DNA of 37,794 nucleotides from a virus (Duplodnaviria; Caudoviricetes): positions 1 through 37,794 of IMG/VR virus record IMGVR_UViG_3300003375_000067; one strand, written 5' to 3'. Each line of letters starts with the position of its first letter. The stretch's first letter is position 1. The notes below the pieces were generated by a model. It ran no database searches and was not told where the DNA came from. It saw only the letters and a program-made list of their open reading frames with translations. Positions 17,212-26,831 of the stretch are shown in pieces. The position numbers and the translations under genes were made by a program.

Positions 17212-17720
17212 CATGGGTTGACCAAATCAAGTCGGGCCTGCCCGATTATGCCAAGGATACACGCCTTAATCTCGACAGCGTCATCAACAGGAGCACCATT
17301 CCTGTTGATGAGGCAGAGGCCTGTGCATTGGCTGCTGCCATGGCAACCGGCAACGGCAAGCTGGTCACCTACATTTCTTCCAACATGGCCAATACCGTAG
17401 AGCGTGATGCTGCTCTCACAGCAGCCAGCCTGATGGCCATGACCAACACATGGTATCCGTTTGTGGAAATGGCGGCCGATGACAGCCTCAAAGGGCTTCC
17501 TCCCCAGCTGAGAATGAATGCCATAGCCAGCCACGGAGGAACGACCAAGCTGCGGTTTGAATCCTACAGCTTGGCTGCCAGCATCGTTGGTAAGTGCCAT
17601 TTTTGCATCAAAAGCCACTATGACACGCTGAAGAAGGAAGGCTACAGTGTTGAACAATTGCGGGATATCGGACGCATCGCATCCGTTATCACCTCCGTTG
17701 CCAAGGTACTGAACAGCTGA
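17208..17720 (+). CDS. ahpD: alkylhydroperoxidase AhpD
   Basis: LPDYAKD.RLNL, AA.LMAM.N.WY, LRMN, SIVGKCHFCIKSH (CxxC-H). Confidence 0.93.
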   Translation: MTWVDQIKSGLPDYAKDTRLNLDSVINRSTIPVDEAEACALAAAMATGNGKLVTYISSNMANTVERDAALTAASLMAMTNTWYPFVEMAADDSLKGLPPQLRMNAIASHGGTTKLRFESYSLAASIVGKCHFCIKSHYDTLKKEGYSVEQLRDIGRIASVITSVAKVLNS

Positions 17721-17836
17721 TCTGCCCTAAGTGCCACAGCGACGAGGATCTTTTTCTAAAAAAATCCGGTTGACAGAGAATCAAACCAGTGTTATTGTCT
17801 GCGCATTGCTACTTTAACTCTCAAAGGAGAACAAAA

Positions 17837-18175
17837 ATGGAAAAGACCTTTACAATCGTTGGTGTGAGCACTTATGGTGCAAACAAGCCTCTTACCAAGT
17901 TTCGTGTTGCCAATGGCGATGCAGAAGCGCGCAAGAAGGTTCTGGTTCGAGCTGGGCACTATGACATTGACCTGGTGGTGCTTGATACGCCAATGACCAA
18001 AGTTGACGCAATCAATTGGTACAAGTCATGCCATCCAGATGTGGCAAACGTTCGCATGCCTAACCAGAAGGAAGACAAGCCGGTTAAGGCCAAGACCGTG
18101 GTCCTATCCAAAAGCGCAGGACGAAAGGTAACCGACGCTGCCAACGAGCTTCTTAAGGCCGTTGAGGAAGCTTGA
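17837..18175 (+). CDS. hypothetical phage protein
   Basis: AAGGAG SD; TTGACA-N17-TATTGT promoter at 17770-17798. Confidence 0.75.
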   Translation: MEKTFTIVGVSTYGANKPLTKFRVANGDAEARKKVLVRAGHYDIDLVVLDTPMTKVDAINWYKSCHPDVANVRMPNQKEDKPVKAKTVVLSKSAGRKVTDAANELLKAVEEA

Positions 18176-18181
18176 CAGGCA

Positions 18182-18213
18182 AAAGCGGGCTGGAAATCAT
18201 CACAGCCCGCTTT
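18182..18213 (+). terminator. intrinsic terminator-like hairpin
   Basis: AAAGCGGGCTG / CAGCCCGCTTT. Confidence 0.6.
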
Positions 18214-18270
18214 GCTATACTTGATTAGATTCACCCACACGTGGTATAATCGTGCATTACGGAGAATACA

Positions 18271-18684
18271 ATGTCTGAAATAGAGATAATTTTTAAAAAA
18301 ACAGTTGCCAACTCACCTTGCATGGCCATGCTTCTTACAGGTTTTGCTGAATTGGTAAGCAAAGGCTGGGCAGGGGCGTTTGTGCCGTTTGGCAACAGGT
18401 CTAGCGTGGTTTATGCCAAGCAGGGTGATGATATACTTGGGGCCATAGTGTTTGTGCATGACCCTGATCTTGAAACGGTTCACATCCAGCTTTCTTATAT
18501 CGATGCACAGTATCGTGGCAACAGGATACATCAAAAACTGCATTTTGTGTTACAGGATCATGCCCGGACCATTGGGGCACGCAGGATCACCAGCCATGTG
18601 CATAAGGATAATGATCCTTTGCTGCAAGCCAGTACCCGCAGCGGAATGGCCACGCGCTGGCATATACAGGTATTGGATCTATGA
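18271..18684 (+). CDS. GNAT family N-acetyltransferase
   Basis: SYIDAQYRGNRI (motif A), V..DN; GGAG SD. Confidence 0.8.
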   Translation: MSEIEIIFKKTVANSPCMAMLLTGFAELVSKGWAGAFVPFGNRSSVVYAKQGDDILGAIVFVHDPDLETVHIQLSYIDAQYRGNRIHQKLHFVLQDHARTIGARRITSHVHKDNDPLLQASTRSGMATRWHIQVLDL

Positions 18685-19667
18685 TGCGGTATAATCCATC
18701 CATTGCCCCATTATCGTGGCAGAATTCATTTAAGTTTGGGTATAACGGCAGCTGGTTTAACAACAGAGAATCCGGCAGCGATACCTGGATGACCACTTAT
18801 GATCCTGTGTCACGGCCAGTGCTGGATTTTCGTTCCGAATGCATCAACACTGCTAAACTGATAAGAGAAAGCACCGACCTGCCATTGGACGTTTTATTAT
18901 CGGGAGGTCAGGACAGCGAGGTGGTTGTTGCTGCTTTCAAGGCGGCCGGCATACCCATCAACGTGATTATAATGCGATTTGCGGATGGGTATAATGCCTA
19001 CGATATCGCGTATGCCACGAAATATTGTGATGCTATGGGAATCAATCCGCAATTCATTGACTTGGATATCATGGAATTCATGTCCGGGGAGGCATGGAAA
19101 TACGCCGAGCAGACCTCATGCATAAATCCTCCCATGCTGCCGCATCTTTGGTTGATCGACCAATGCGATAATTATGTTGTTATCGGATCCGGCGATGTAT
19201 TCCTGGACAAGAACGTGCAGGTGAAACCTGGTGAGGTTCCTGACGTTGAATATCACATGATACATCATGGCAATCATGCGGGTCATGTCTACACGGGCCA
19301 ATGGCTGTATAGAGAACACGAAAGCATAGCATCACTGCAACGCCATTTCATGAAGGATAATCGTCCAGGGTGTCCGGGATTTTTCCAGTTCAATCCTGAG
19401 ATTGTCCTAAGCTGGTTAAACGAACCCGAGGTGTTGAGGGATACCGCACCAGGTAGCCTGCGCGTAACAACGCATTACACAAAATACGATATCTATCGGC
19501 GTGCATGGAACACGCAACCTCGGCCTAAATTTGATGGATTTGAAATCGTACGATACGCCATGAGCGTGCCTAAAATGCGCAAAGAACTTGAGCGTCTCTA
19601 TCCGGATCATATGCAAACATGGAGGATTCCTGTGGGAGACCTTATCAGCATACTGGAAGGTAAATGA
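18681..19667 (+). CDS. PP-loop adenine nucleotide alpha-hydrolase (asparagine synthetase-like)
   Basis: VLLSGGQDSE; C-terminal RPKFDGFE; ATGA-coupled to the GNAT gene. Confidence 0.72.
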   Translation: MMRYNPSIAPLSWQNSFKFGYNGSWFNNRESGSDTWMTTYDPVSRPVLDFRSECINTAKLIRESTDLPLDVLLSGGQDSEVVVAAFKAAGIPINVIIMRFADGYNAYDIAYATKYCDAMGINPQFIDLDIMEFMSGEAWKYAEQTSCINPPMLPHLWLIDQCDNYVVIGSGDVFLDKNVQVKPGEVPDVEYHMIHHGNHAGHVYTGQWLYREHESIASLQRHFMKDNRPGCPGFFQFNPEIVLSWLNEPEVLRDTAPGSLRVTTHYTKYDIYRRAWNTQPRPKFDGFEIVRYAMSVPKMRKELERLYPDHMQTWRIPVGDLISILEGK

Positions 19668-19855
19668 TGAAAAAAGTCATTGACATGATCATTGGCGGTG
19701 CTGTGGCCTCATGTGGTGTTGCAATTATCTGCGCAATGTTGATTTCCGGCAGTGTTGGACAACCAATTGGCGCATCTACGCTCATGACACTGGTAAGCGT
19801 AGGAATGATTTACACGGGAGGACACATGCTGTTCACAAGATGGGGTGATGTATGA
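19664..19855 (+). CDS. small membrane protein
   Basis: Two hydrophobic segments; coupled to its neighbours. Confidence 0.6.
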   Translation: MMKKVIDMIIGGAVASCGVAIICAMLISGSVGQPIGASTLMTLVSVGMIYTGGHMLFTRWGDV

Positions 19856-20157
19856 GCGAAGACAATGATCGCAGCGCACTTTTCCAATGCGAATGCCATG
19901 GCCTGGAACACATGGTCAAGGTTGACGTACACACCTGGACGGATGCCGAACCAGATTTCTGCATGAGCGTGACGGCTGATGTGCACCTGCCATTGCACAG
20001 GCGCGTTTGGCTGGCCATCAAGTATATTTTTGGCCTGCCTTCGCTTAGTTGGCATGATGTATTGCTCAAACCGGCCGATGTTGATAAACTAGCTAATATA
20101 ATTGCACATTACAAAGTGCAGCAAGCCTTAGCACTAACACAGAAGGAGACCATGTAA
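19852..20157 (+). CDS. hypothetical phage protein
   Basis: CxC...H motif; operon packing. Confidence 0.65.
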   Translation: MSEDNDRSALFQCECHGLEHMVKVDVHTWTDAEPDFCMSVTADVHLPLHRRVWLAIKYIFGLPSLSWHDVLLKPADVDKLANIIAHYKVQQALALTQKETM

Positions 20158-20358
20158 ATGACCAAGGAAAAGCTGATCAGTCACCTGACACATCTACGTG
20201 AAAAGCACGCCGTGCTGGACAAGCAGATTGATCTGATGGAATCTACCCAGCATTTTGTTGACGCTGACCTAAACCACATGAAGCGTCAACGCCTTGCATT
20301 GCGTGATGAAATGGAAGCAACTTCAGCCAAGATCGTGGAACTGCAAAAGGCCGCTTAA
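20158..20358 (+). CDS. DUF465/YdcH-like coiled-coil protein
   Basis: L..KH..LDKQI......L..MKRQRLALRDE pattern. Confidence 0.7.
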   Translation: MTKEKLISHLTHLREKHAVLDKQIDLMESTQHFVDADLNHMKRQRLALRDEMEATSAKIVELQKAA

Positions 20359-20361
20359 ACG

Positions 20362-20571
20362 ATGGAAACCAACGTAGCGGCCCTATGTGCCGAACTTGAT
20401 ACGATACGGGCAGAGCAAGAATCGCTGCGCACGCGCCAGGCTGAGCTTAACCAACGAAGCATGGCACTTGATGCGGAACTTAACAAGATACTGCATGATG
20501 CAATCGATCCATTGCTGAAGGGTCACTGGAGTGCTAGAATCACATTGTACAAGGATGCTCCGCGTGGTTAA
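20362..20571 (+). CDS. hypothetical coiled-coil protein
   Basis: Heptad pattern; operon packing. Confidence 0.55.
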   Translation: METNVAALCAELDTIRAEQESLRTRQAELNQRSMALDAELNKILHDAIDPLLKGHWSARITLYKDAPRG

Positions 20572-20782
20572 ACTAGAAGTAATGGACAATGGAGCAATCT
20601 ACATCGACGGCACGCGCATTACTGACCGGAGCACCAAGCCTTACGGCATGATCCGGACGAGATTTGAGGCCGTTGTGGATCCTGCTATGGTCATGGCAAC
20701 GCTCAAAGCCAATCGATTTGATACACGTCGGATTGACCCGGATTATGCACAAAAGCAGGGAATAAACGTGGATGGCCGATAA
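20564..20782 (+). CDS. hypothetical protein
   Basis: GTG start after AAGGA; operon packing. Confidence 0.55.
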   Translation: MVKLEVMDNGAIYIDGTRITDRSTKPYGMIRTRFEAVVDPAMVMATLKANRFDTRRIDPDYAQKQGINVDGR

Positions 20783-20993
20783 GCAGATATATCATGATGG
20801 TGGCATTTGGCACGCGGACGAAGATGAGGACACGGTTCGCATCTTCCGTGGTAATTTACAGATCATCAAGGCACCAAAGCACGGAACCCCTTACGAGGAA
20901 TACTGGCCCGAGCCAAAAATGCTACAGTGGATGCTTGATGCATTGAATGAAAAAGAACAAAGTGAGGAGTTTGTTCCTGCATGGCACAGATGA
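20772..20993 (+). CDS. hypothetical protein
   Basis: 73 aa; operon packing. Confidence 0.55.
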   Translation: MADKQIYHDGGIWHADEDEDTVRIFRGNLQIIKAPKHGTPYEEYWPEPKMLQWMLDALNEKEQSEEFVPAWHR

Positions 20994-21181
20994 CCAACTC
21001 CTGCTGGTGCTATAATTGCCTTGGCAAGATGACGGATCCGATTACGGGCTGGCCAATGACCGCGGTTACATTCATCACGTGCCCGGAATGCGGCAACAAG
21101 CGTTGTCCACGATCCACCGATCATGGGTTGGCCTGCACGGGTAGTAACGAACCAGGACAGAAAGGCAGCCGATATGGGTGA
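20990..21181 (+). CDS. small Cys-rich phage protein
   Basis: CWCYNC...CPECGNKRCP...H..AC. Confidence 0.65.
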   Translation: MTNSCWCYNCLGKMTDPITGWPMTAVTFITCPECGNKRCPRSTDHGLACTGSNEPGQKGSRYG

Positions 21182-21632
21182 TCGTCCTGATATTGACACT
21201 TGGGCACTGGACCTGGCCGATATGGTGGCCACCCGGAGCCGTGATCCTGGTGTGAAGGTAGGGGCGGTGATATTGCGTCCCGACAACACGATTGCGGCCG
21301 CCGGCTACAATGGATTTCCCCGGCTTGTCGACGACAGCCCGTCAATCTATCTTGATAAGCCTCGCAAGTTGCTACGTGTGGTCCATGCGGAATTGAATGC
21401 CATACTAACCAGCCGCGAACCTCTGCACGGTTACACGATCTATGTAAGTCCTTTGCATCCTTGCAGCCAGTGTGCGGCCGCAATCATACAAAGCGGCATA
21501 GCCAGGGTGGTGGCCAGGACGGACCTGGCAAGAAAATCCACGACCTGGGAAGCCAGTTTCCACGAGGCAGCGCAAATGTTTGCCGAAGCAGGTGTGCAGG
21601 TCAACATTGACAACACCTCTGATATCAGTTAA
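21174..21632 (+). CDS. dCMP deaminase family protein
   Basis: RSRDP..KVGAVI, GYNG, HAELNAI, PCSQC. Confidence 0.92.
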   Translation: MGDRPDIDTWALDLADMVATRSRDPGVKVGAVILRPDNTIAAAGYNGFPRLVDDSPSIYLDKPRKLLRVVHAELNAILTSREPLHGYTIYVSPLHPCSQCAAAIIQSGIARVVARTDLARKSTTWEASFHEAAQMFAEAGVQVNIDNTSDIS

Positions 21633-21663
21633 CCTATGGCATCTCACATAAAAGGACGCAATC

Positions 21664-21849
21664 ATGCATAAAATGTTTCTACTATTTGTTACCTTGCACG
21701 GCCAGCCGGTTGGTCACACCCAAATGATACAGCCCGTTGACAGCACCTGCCGGCAAGAGTTTAACATGGTAAGAGGATTAAACCAGGCCAGCGATAATGC
21801 CCACAATGGACTTGTTTATTATGGAAGCTGCGAACCAGTGAAGGACTAA
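21664..21849 (+). CDS. small hypothetical protein
   Basis: AAGGA SD; 61 aa. Confidence 0.55.
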   Translation: MHKMFLLFVTLHGQPVGHTQMIQPVDSTCRQEFNMVRGLNQASDNAHNGLVYYGSCEPVKD

Positions 21850-21854
21850 AACAC

Positions 21855-22247
21855 ATGCAGCAGATAACGCTACCCTACATTGCATCAAAGCTTGGCTGGC
21901 GTGTGTACGATGGATCTCAGTTCCTTTGGCCCTGCTACGGAGAAAATTGCCGTTATATTGATTTCAAATGCCGGGATGACGATTGTCACACATGGGAAGT
22001 GAGCGTGACTTTCGACACTGCCACCTTGCACATACGTGAAATCACGGGCCATGGGAGCATTTGGTCCCTCACTGAGAATGATCCTTGGAAGTGGCACGAT
22101 CCGCGGTTTCGAGAGGCATATCTAGAGGAATGCCAATCTCGAAAGATAAAGCCTGATGTTGCGTATGATGATGTCACGTATCATGTTGTTGCGGATGTAT
22201 CCGAGCTGGTCAAATTGCTTGATATGATAGCCGTCCGTGACCAATAG
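21855..22247 (+). CDS. hypothetical phage protein
   Basis: AAGGA SD; 130 aa. Confidence 0.65.
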   Translation: MQQITLPYIASKLGWRVYDGSQFLWPCYGENCRYIDFKCRDDDCHTWEVSVTFDTATLHIREITGHGSIWSLTENDPWKWHDPRFREAYLEECQSRKIKPDVAYDDVTYHVVADVSELVKLLDMIAVRDQ

Positions 22248-22391
22248 CCTGGAAATCCTGTTGATACGCCTACACAATGCACGTATCGCACGGGATCGTG
22301 CAGTGGGCGAATGGGGCCAGGAATATTGGACCAAGGTGATTGCATATTTCGAATCACAGCTTGCTGCAAAAAAAATGTTGGAATTATCAAA

Positions 22392-22787
22392 TTGTTAGAT
22401 TGCCTAATATTAGGAGATAGCATTGCTGTTGGTACACACATGTTTCGACAGGAATGTGTTGCGTATGCTCAGGTTGGAATCAATAGCCACAATTGGAACA
22501 AAAAATGGCCCAATGTTGAGTTGATAGCAAAAACGGTAGTAATTAGCCTTGGCAGTAATGATACAAAAAATATCAATTCTAAAAAAGAGCTTGAAATTTT
22601 ACGAAAACGAGTTGATGCATATCATGTATTTTGGATTCTTCCGGCCATCAATTCTGATCGGCAGGAAATCATAAAACAAGTTGCAAGTGAATATGGTGAT
22701 ACCATTATACCGATCACTCACACCGCACCAGATGGTATCCATCCAACTATTCCAAATTATAAAGAAATAGCAAAAAAGACAATGTAA
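22392..22787 (+). CDS. SGNH/GDSL hydrolase family protein
   Basis: LGDSIAVG (block I), LGSND (block III), DGIHP (block V); TTG start uncertain. Confidence 0.82.
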   Translation: MLDCLILGDSIAVGTHMFRQECVAYAQVGINSHNWNKKWPNVELIAKTVVISLGSNDTKNINSKKELEILRKRVDAYHVFWILPAINSDRQEIIKQVASEYGDTIIPITHTAPDGIHPTIPNYKEIAKKTM

Positions 22788-22832
22788 GCATATTCAAATA
22801 CCCGCTTTTGATCTAAGAAATGTTGGATTACA

Positions 22833-23429
22833 ATGATTGATATATCAAAAAACGCCCTTAAGATTTTACCAACGGACTACCAAACCTACGGCGGTACGGT
22901 TGAGCGTTGGGCAGATGATCAATTGACCTACCCTGATTGCAGTTGCGGTTGTCGCTGGTGGACATCGTTGCATGATAAAACAACCGGCGAAGCTGATCGC
23001 GACTGGGGCGTTTGCACACGGCAGGACGGGCCTCGTGCCGGACTGCTGACGTTTGAGCATCAAGCCGGGTTTGATTGCTATCAAACTGAAATAGTAAATG
23101 GAACGGCAGCGACGATGTATACGGTTACATGTGATTACAGCGCCACCGGAGAAGGTAGGACGCTGATGGTATTGTACACAAGGGGACATCCTCGGGGTCC
23201 TAATTATGACGACCCTACCAAGGATGGTCGATATTGGGCCCTGGAAAACTTCAAGGAAAAGTTTGGTGATTGGTACACCATGGGTGCAAAGGTGCATGAT
23301 GGTATGATCTTTGATTTTCCAGGAGCTGAGCATCTCATAAGTGATGTCCTTAAAAAGTCCCTGCAGGACTGGGAAAAGACCGCAGGCGGACTGGAATACC
23401 ACGCTTGTTTGCATTTTAACTTTTCTTGA
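22833..23429 (+). CDS. hypothetical protein
   Basis: 198 aa; Cys-rich N-terminal half (CSCGC...C...C). Confidence 0.65.
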   Translation: MIDISKNALKILPTDYQTYGGTVERWADDQLTYPDCSCGCRWWTSLHDKTTGEADRDWGVCTRQDGPRAGLLTFEHQAGFDCYQTEIVNGTAATMYTVTCDYSATGEGRTLMVLYTRGHPRGPNYDDPTKDGRYWALENFKEKFGDWYTMGAKVHDGMIFDFPGAEHLISDVLKKSLQDWEKTAGGLEYHACLHFNFS

Positions 23430-23495
23430 TATCGCAATTGTTTGTTGCATTGCAGCATAAAAATGCGTTAAATACAGCATGTAAGGAGACCGCAC

Positions 23496-23612
23496 ATGCC
23501 CAATGACATGCTGTCAAGAATTTGTAATATCGTGATGAAGATATGTGAGCCGTTGATGCAGGCCCAGCAGCTCAGGGCAGATCGCTATTTGCAAACCTGG
23601 GGTCTTAGGTAG
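23496..23612 (+). CDS. small hypothetical protein (38 aa)
   Basis: TAAATA (23469-23474) and AAGGAG upstream; MPNDMLSR...TWGLR*. Confidence 0.5.
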   Translation: MPNDMLSRICNIVMKICEPLMQAQQLRADRYLQTWGLR

Positions 23613-23635
23613 AACAAAGATACCGAAACTTTTTA

Positions 23636-24370
23636 TTAGCGTCGGATCCAAATACCTATGTCAGGCCTATTGGTCCAGGCAATCTCTTGGTGATCAAAAT
23701 GGGTATGCAACCATTCGTGTGGGCCTAGGTTCATGGTTTTATTACTGACCAGTTGATCAACTGATTCAAATTGTCTTGACCATGCTTGCATGAGATTGCT
23801 AGGACCACATGCCCAGGCGTCTGATATAACGTCTGGACCGTACATGCCGTCCATGCTGATCTTGGCAGGATCCAGATCAGATAGCAATATTGGTTTTGAA
23901 TATGCTATATCCCATCGGGTGCAAACTATTTGGTCAAACGTAAAACCATATCGTGCCTCGTGTGCTGCTGCTAGTTTTAAGCTGGTGCATCTTCCCCAGA
24001 CCTGGCTCAAGGTTCCTTTGGGTCGATGATGTTGGCTAGGATGATGGAAAGAAGCCAGATCGTTGACCATGTTAGCAAACCTGTTTTCGTGCAAATGGTA
24101 GTTGTCAAACTGCACGGCGGTAGGATTGAGCCTGGCCATGGTATGTTGTAACCAGTGCGTGTTTACGGGTTGGCTCTGCTGGTCATATCCTGGATGGGTG
24201 ATTGGATTTGGACTGTTTTCTGGATGCTTAAAGTGGCCCATTGAATCCATCCACGACATGGCAAAAATGGAGGTGATACAGTTTGGCTTTATCAGATACT
24301 CCTGTAATCCTGGCCAGCAGTCGTCAAAACTCCTGAAGTGCCCATATAAACATAATGCAGTTGATGTCAT
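23636..24370 (-). CDS. putative glycosyltransferase-like protein
   Basis: ALCLYGHFRS N-terminus, FD.IVCTRWD and D.WA.G motifs seen in viral nucleotide-sugar transferase-like proteins; function unverified. Confidence 0.5.
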   Translation of the reverse strand: MTSTALCLYGHFRSFDDCWPGLQEYLIKPNCITSIFAMSWMDSMGHFKHPENSPNPITHPGYDQQSQPVNTHWLQHTMARLNPTAVQFDNYHLHENRFANMVNDLASFHHPSQHHRPKGTLSQVWGRCTSLKLAAAHEARYGFTFDQIVCTRWDIAYSKPILLSDLDPAKISMDGMYGPDVISDAWACGPSNLMQAWSRQFESVDQLVSNKTMNLGPHEWLHTHFDHQEIAWTNRPDIGIWIRR

Positions 24371-24432
24371 CTGCTATTTAAAATGATATTCCGCTTGATG
24401 AACATTAATTTTTTGCTTATATTAAGATTAGA

Positions 24433-24711
24433 ATGAATGAAAATGAACCCAGTGTAGAAGAAGGCTTCTACCAAACCGTGGCCGCGATGTTGGGCTGCGA
24501 TGAACACGAATACCGGCCATATCCATACATGAAACGCTCACGATGGAATAATCGCGAGCCCGGTAACGGCAGATATCCTGGGCACGGATTGGTGCGGAGG
24601 CACAGCTCAACTGGCATCTCGGTCAGCCTGCACACGCCTCGTGTGGTTGGATATTTTTCCAGCGAACAACAGGCATTGGATGCCATTAAAAATGCGCTTG
24701 ACATTGCCTAG
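24433..24711 (+). CDS. hypothetical phage protein
   Basis: 92 aa; RWNNR.PGNGRYPG.G. Confidence 0.65.
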   Translation: MNENEPSVEEGFYQTVAAMLGCDEHEYRPYPYMKRSRWNNREPGNGRYPGHGLVRRHSSTGISVSLHTPRVVGYFSSEQQALDAIKNALDIA

Positions 24712-24725
24712 TATCGTGCTATCAT
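24698..24725 (+). promoter_or_regulatory. sigma70-like early promoter
   Basis: TTGACA-N16-TATCAT with TGC before the -10. Confidence 0.65.
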
Positions 24726-24752
24726 ACTAATACCAACCAAAGGAATTTTCAT

Positions 24753-25655
24753 ATGGGCTGCCGGAACAAGACGTGCGGACTGAGTAACCTGCCCATCCTG
24801 CATGGTGAGCGGACATACGTGTTTGTGATGGAACAGGTGAATAGCGTTGGGGACCATTGCTATTCAACACATCTCTATCGTCCTGTTCTGCTACCGTTTG
24901 AAAGCACATACAACGATTATGGCGGTGGCGAAGATAGCTCGGGTATCGGTTTTGATCTGATCATGGCAGGTCTCAAAAAGAGTCTGATTGAAATACCCAT
25001 TGGTGAGAATCAATATCATGATATTGCTGTGACCAAGGCTGCGTTTGACGAGGAATTGTTTTTTGAAAGCGTGCATGAACACAGGTTGAAAACAACTGAT
25101 GATTATGGCAAACCACAGAATATTGGGTTTGTCATGATGCGCAAGGACGTTGTTGATGCCATCTTGGATACCTATGTAATTGAGGATTATGTTGGTCCGG
25201 ACCAGGGCACAACTGGTTACAAAAATAGTTATGTCACATACAAGTTTGCAGATTTGATTGCAGACATTCCCATGTTGATTTCGGCACTTAAGGACCGTTA
25301 CGCTGGTCGGTATGATATGATGGGTATGGGAAGCATCGTTGTGCCATCCACGATTGACACACATTTGCGTGCATGGCTACGCAACAACGAAAGTTACAGA
25401 TTCAGCAGCTTGATCTATATCAACGAACTGCTGGTTGACATGCTGGAAGCGGGTGATGATCAACGTGCAGTGGAACTGTTGACCGATCACTTAAAAGCCA
25501 TCTTCATCAACAATTTCATGGAAATCACCCGTAAGAGTTGGATGCCACAATGTGGTGAAGGCAGCCAATATCAGGATCCTGCGCCCTATCGTGCGTTGAT
25601 GGCAGCGATGGATCAGGTGCTCAAAAAGATTGAGAAAGATGAAGATGCTGAATAA
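24753..25655 (+). CDS. hypothetical phage protein
   Basis: 300 aa; AAGGA SD; own promoter. Confidence 0.75.
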   Translation: MGCRNKTCGLSNLPILHGERTYVFVMEQVNSVGDHCYSTHLYRPVLLPFESTYNDYGGGEDSSGIGFDLIMAGLKKSLIEIPIGENQYHDIAVTKAAFDEELFFESVHEHRLKTTDDYGKPQNIGFVMMRKDVVDAILDTYVIEDYVGPDQGTTGYKNSYVTYKFADLIADIPMLISALKDRYAGRYDMMGMGSIVVPSTIDTHLRAWLRNNESYRFSSLIYINELLVDMLEAGDDQRAVELLTDHLKAIFINNFMEITRKSWMPQCGEGSQYQDPAPYRALMAAMDQVLKKIEKDEDAE

Positions 25656-25665
25656 GGACTCAGTT

Positions 25666-25968
25666 ATGCAAATCACTGTTTACATTGTGCATGACACGGT
25701 TACCGACAAATATCTCTCAAGGAAGGGCAAATACTCTCATTGGGACACCGTTGACACGTGCCAAATCTACCATAGAGAATCTGAAGCAAAGAGCATGTGT
25801 ACCCGCATAAAGAATGATTATGAACGCGGCGACTACTGGATTGAATCGCACTATGATAGCAATCCTGCTGATCAGCGCGCTCGTGAACATTACGAAGATA
25901 TGATGCACAGAAAAACACTGCCCAACTATGGTTATGTTGTGGTTCGAATGCTGTTGATCACGGCTTGA
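25666..25968 (+). CDS. hypothetical protein
   Basis: AAGGA SD before ATG25666. Confidence 0.6.
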   Translation: MQITVYIVHDTVTDKYLSRKGKYSHWDTVDTCQIYHRESEAKSMCTRIKNDYERGDYWIESHYDSNPADQRAREHYEDMMHRKTLPNYGYVVVRMLLITA

Positions 25969-25974
25969 ATTATT

Positions 25975-26310
25975 TTAAAATTTGAGATATCGACGCTGTT
26001 CTAAAATATAATCTAACATATGTCTACAGTCATCTACTAGTTTTGCTAATTCGTCATCATCTTCTTGTGAAAAATCAAAAAGATCCGGGGCGGTAATTAT
26101 TGTCATTTGACGTTGAAATTCATCTAACGTTGGAAGAATTTCCGATATCATTGCATCAGCATTACTATTAGAAATAAGCGGGGAATCAATTATCGTGCGT
26201 ATCATGTTTAATCCACTTCTGATTTTACCAAAATCAGACACATAGATGCTTTTACAATCGCGATACCACAGTTCTGCATTATTCACTGCTGAAATCTCAT
26301 ATAATCTCAT
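25975..26310 (-). CDS. hypothetical protein (MRLYEI N-terminus)
   Basis: 111 aa, AT-rich. Confidence 0.6.
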   Translation of the reverse strand: MRLYEISAVNNAELWYRDCKSIYVSDFGKIRSGLNMIRTIIDSPLISNSNADAMISEILPTLDEFQRQMTIITAPDLFDFSQEDDDELAKLVDDCRHMLDYILEQRRYLKF

Positions 26311-26374
26311 TTATATTTTCCGGTCCAGAAAACCGCTACTTCTTTAGAGTAGCGGATGAATGGGCCGCTTTAAA

Positions 26375-26773
26375 CTAACCTTGTTCCTCTATGTATTTAC
26401 GAATAGTCTCTTCTGATGCATTACCAATAGAACATACAAAATAACTAGGTGTCCAAAAAGTATGTTCTTTCCAGAACTGAAGCCGTAAAGCAGATTCATA
26501 CTTTTGCCATAACTCATAAGTGGTTTCTCTTTTTAAGGCACTTACTATTTGCGTTATAGAAACTTGCGGTTCATAAGAAATCAGTAAATGGATATGATCT
26601 TTGTCAACTTCGATCGTATCTATGTCAAAGTTGTTTTTCATAGATATGTCGATCATTTTCTGTTTAACTTCATTACCATATGTAACAAGCAACTTCTTTC
26701 TATATTTGACAACAAAAATCAAATGAGCAAGAAGTAAGAACTTCACTTGACCTTTAGATTTTAGTTCAGTCAT
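26375..26773 (-). CDS. tnpA: Y1 HUH transposase TnpA
   Basis: HLIFVVKYRK, DHIHLL (HUH), FW..SYF, YIEEQ; AGGAG SD before ATG26773. Confidence 0.95.
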   Translation of the reverse strand: MTELKSKGQVKFLLLAHLIFVVKYRKKLLVTYGNEVKQKMIDISMKNNFDIDTIEVDKDHIHLLISYEPQVSITQIVSALKRETTYELWQKYESALRLQFWKEHTFWTPSYFVCSIGNASEETIRKYIEEQG

Positions 26774-26831
26774 CACTTTCTCCTGTTTGATAAATAATGA
26801 CAACAAAACTAAAAAGTAGTAAATATGTATT

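Noticed and set aside
22248-22321. Hammerhead (GAAA, CTGTTGA) or HDV-like (GGCGAATGGG) ribozyme
   Set aside because: The core motifs lack the spacing and helices needed; a simple bulged hairpin explains the pairing.
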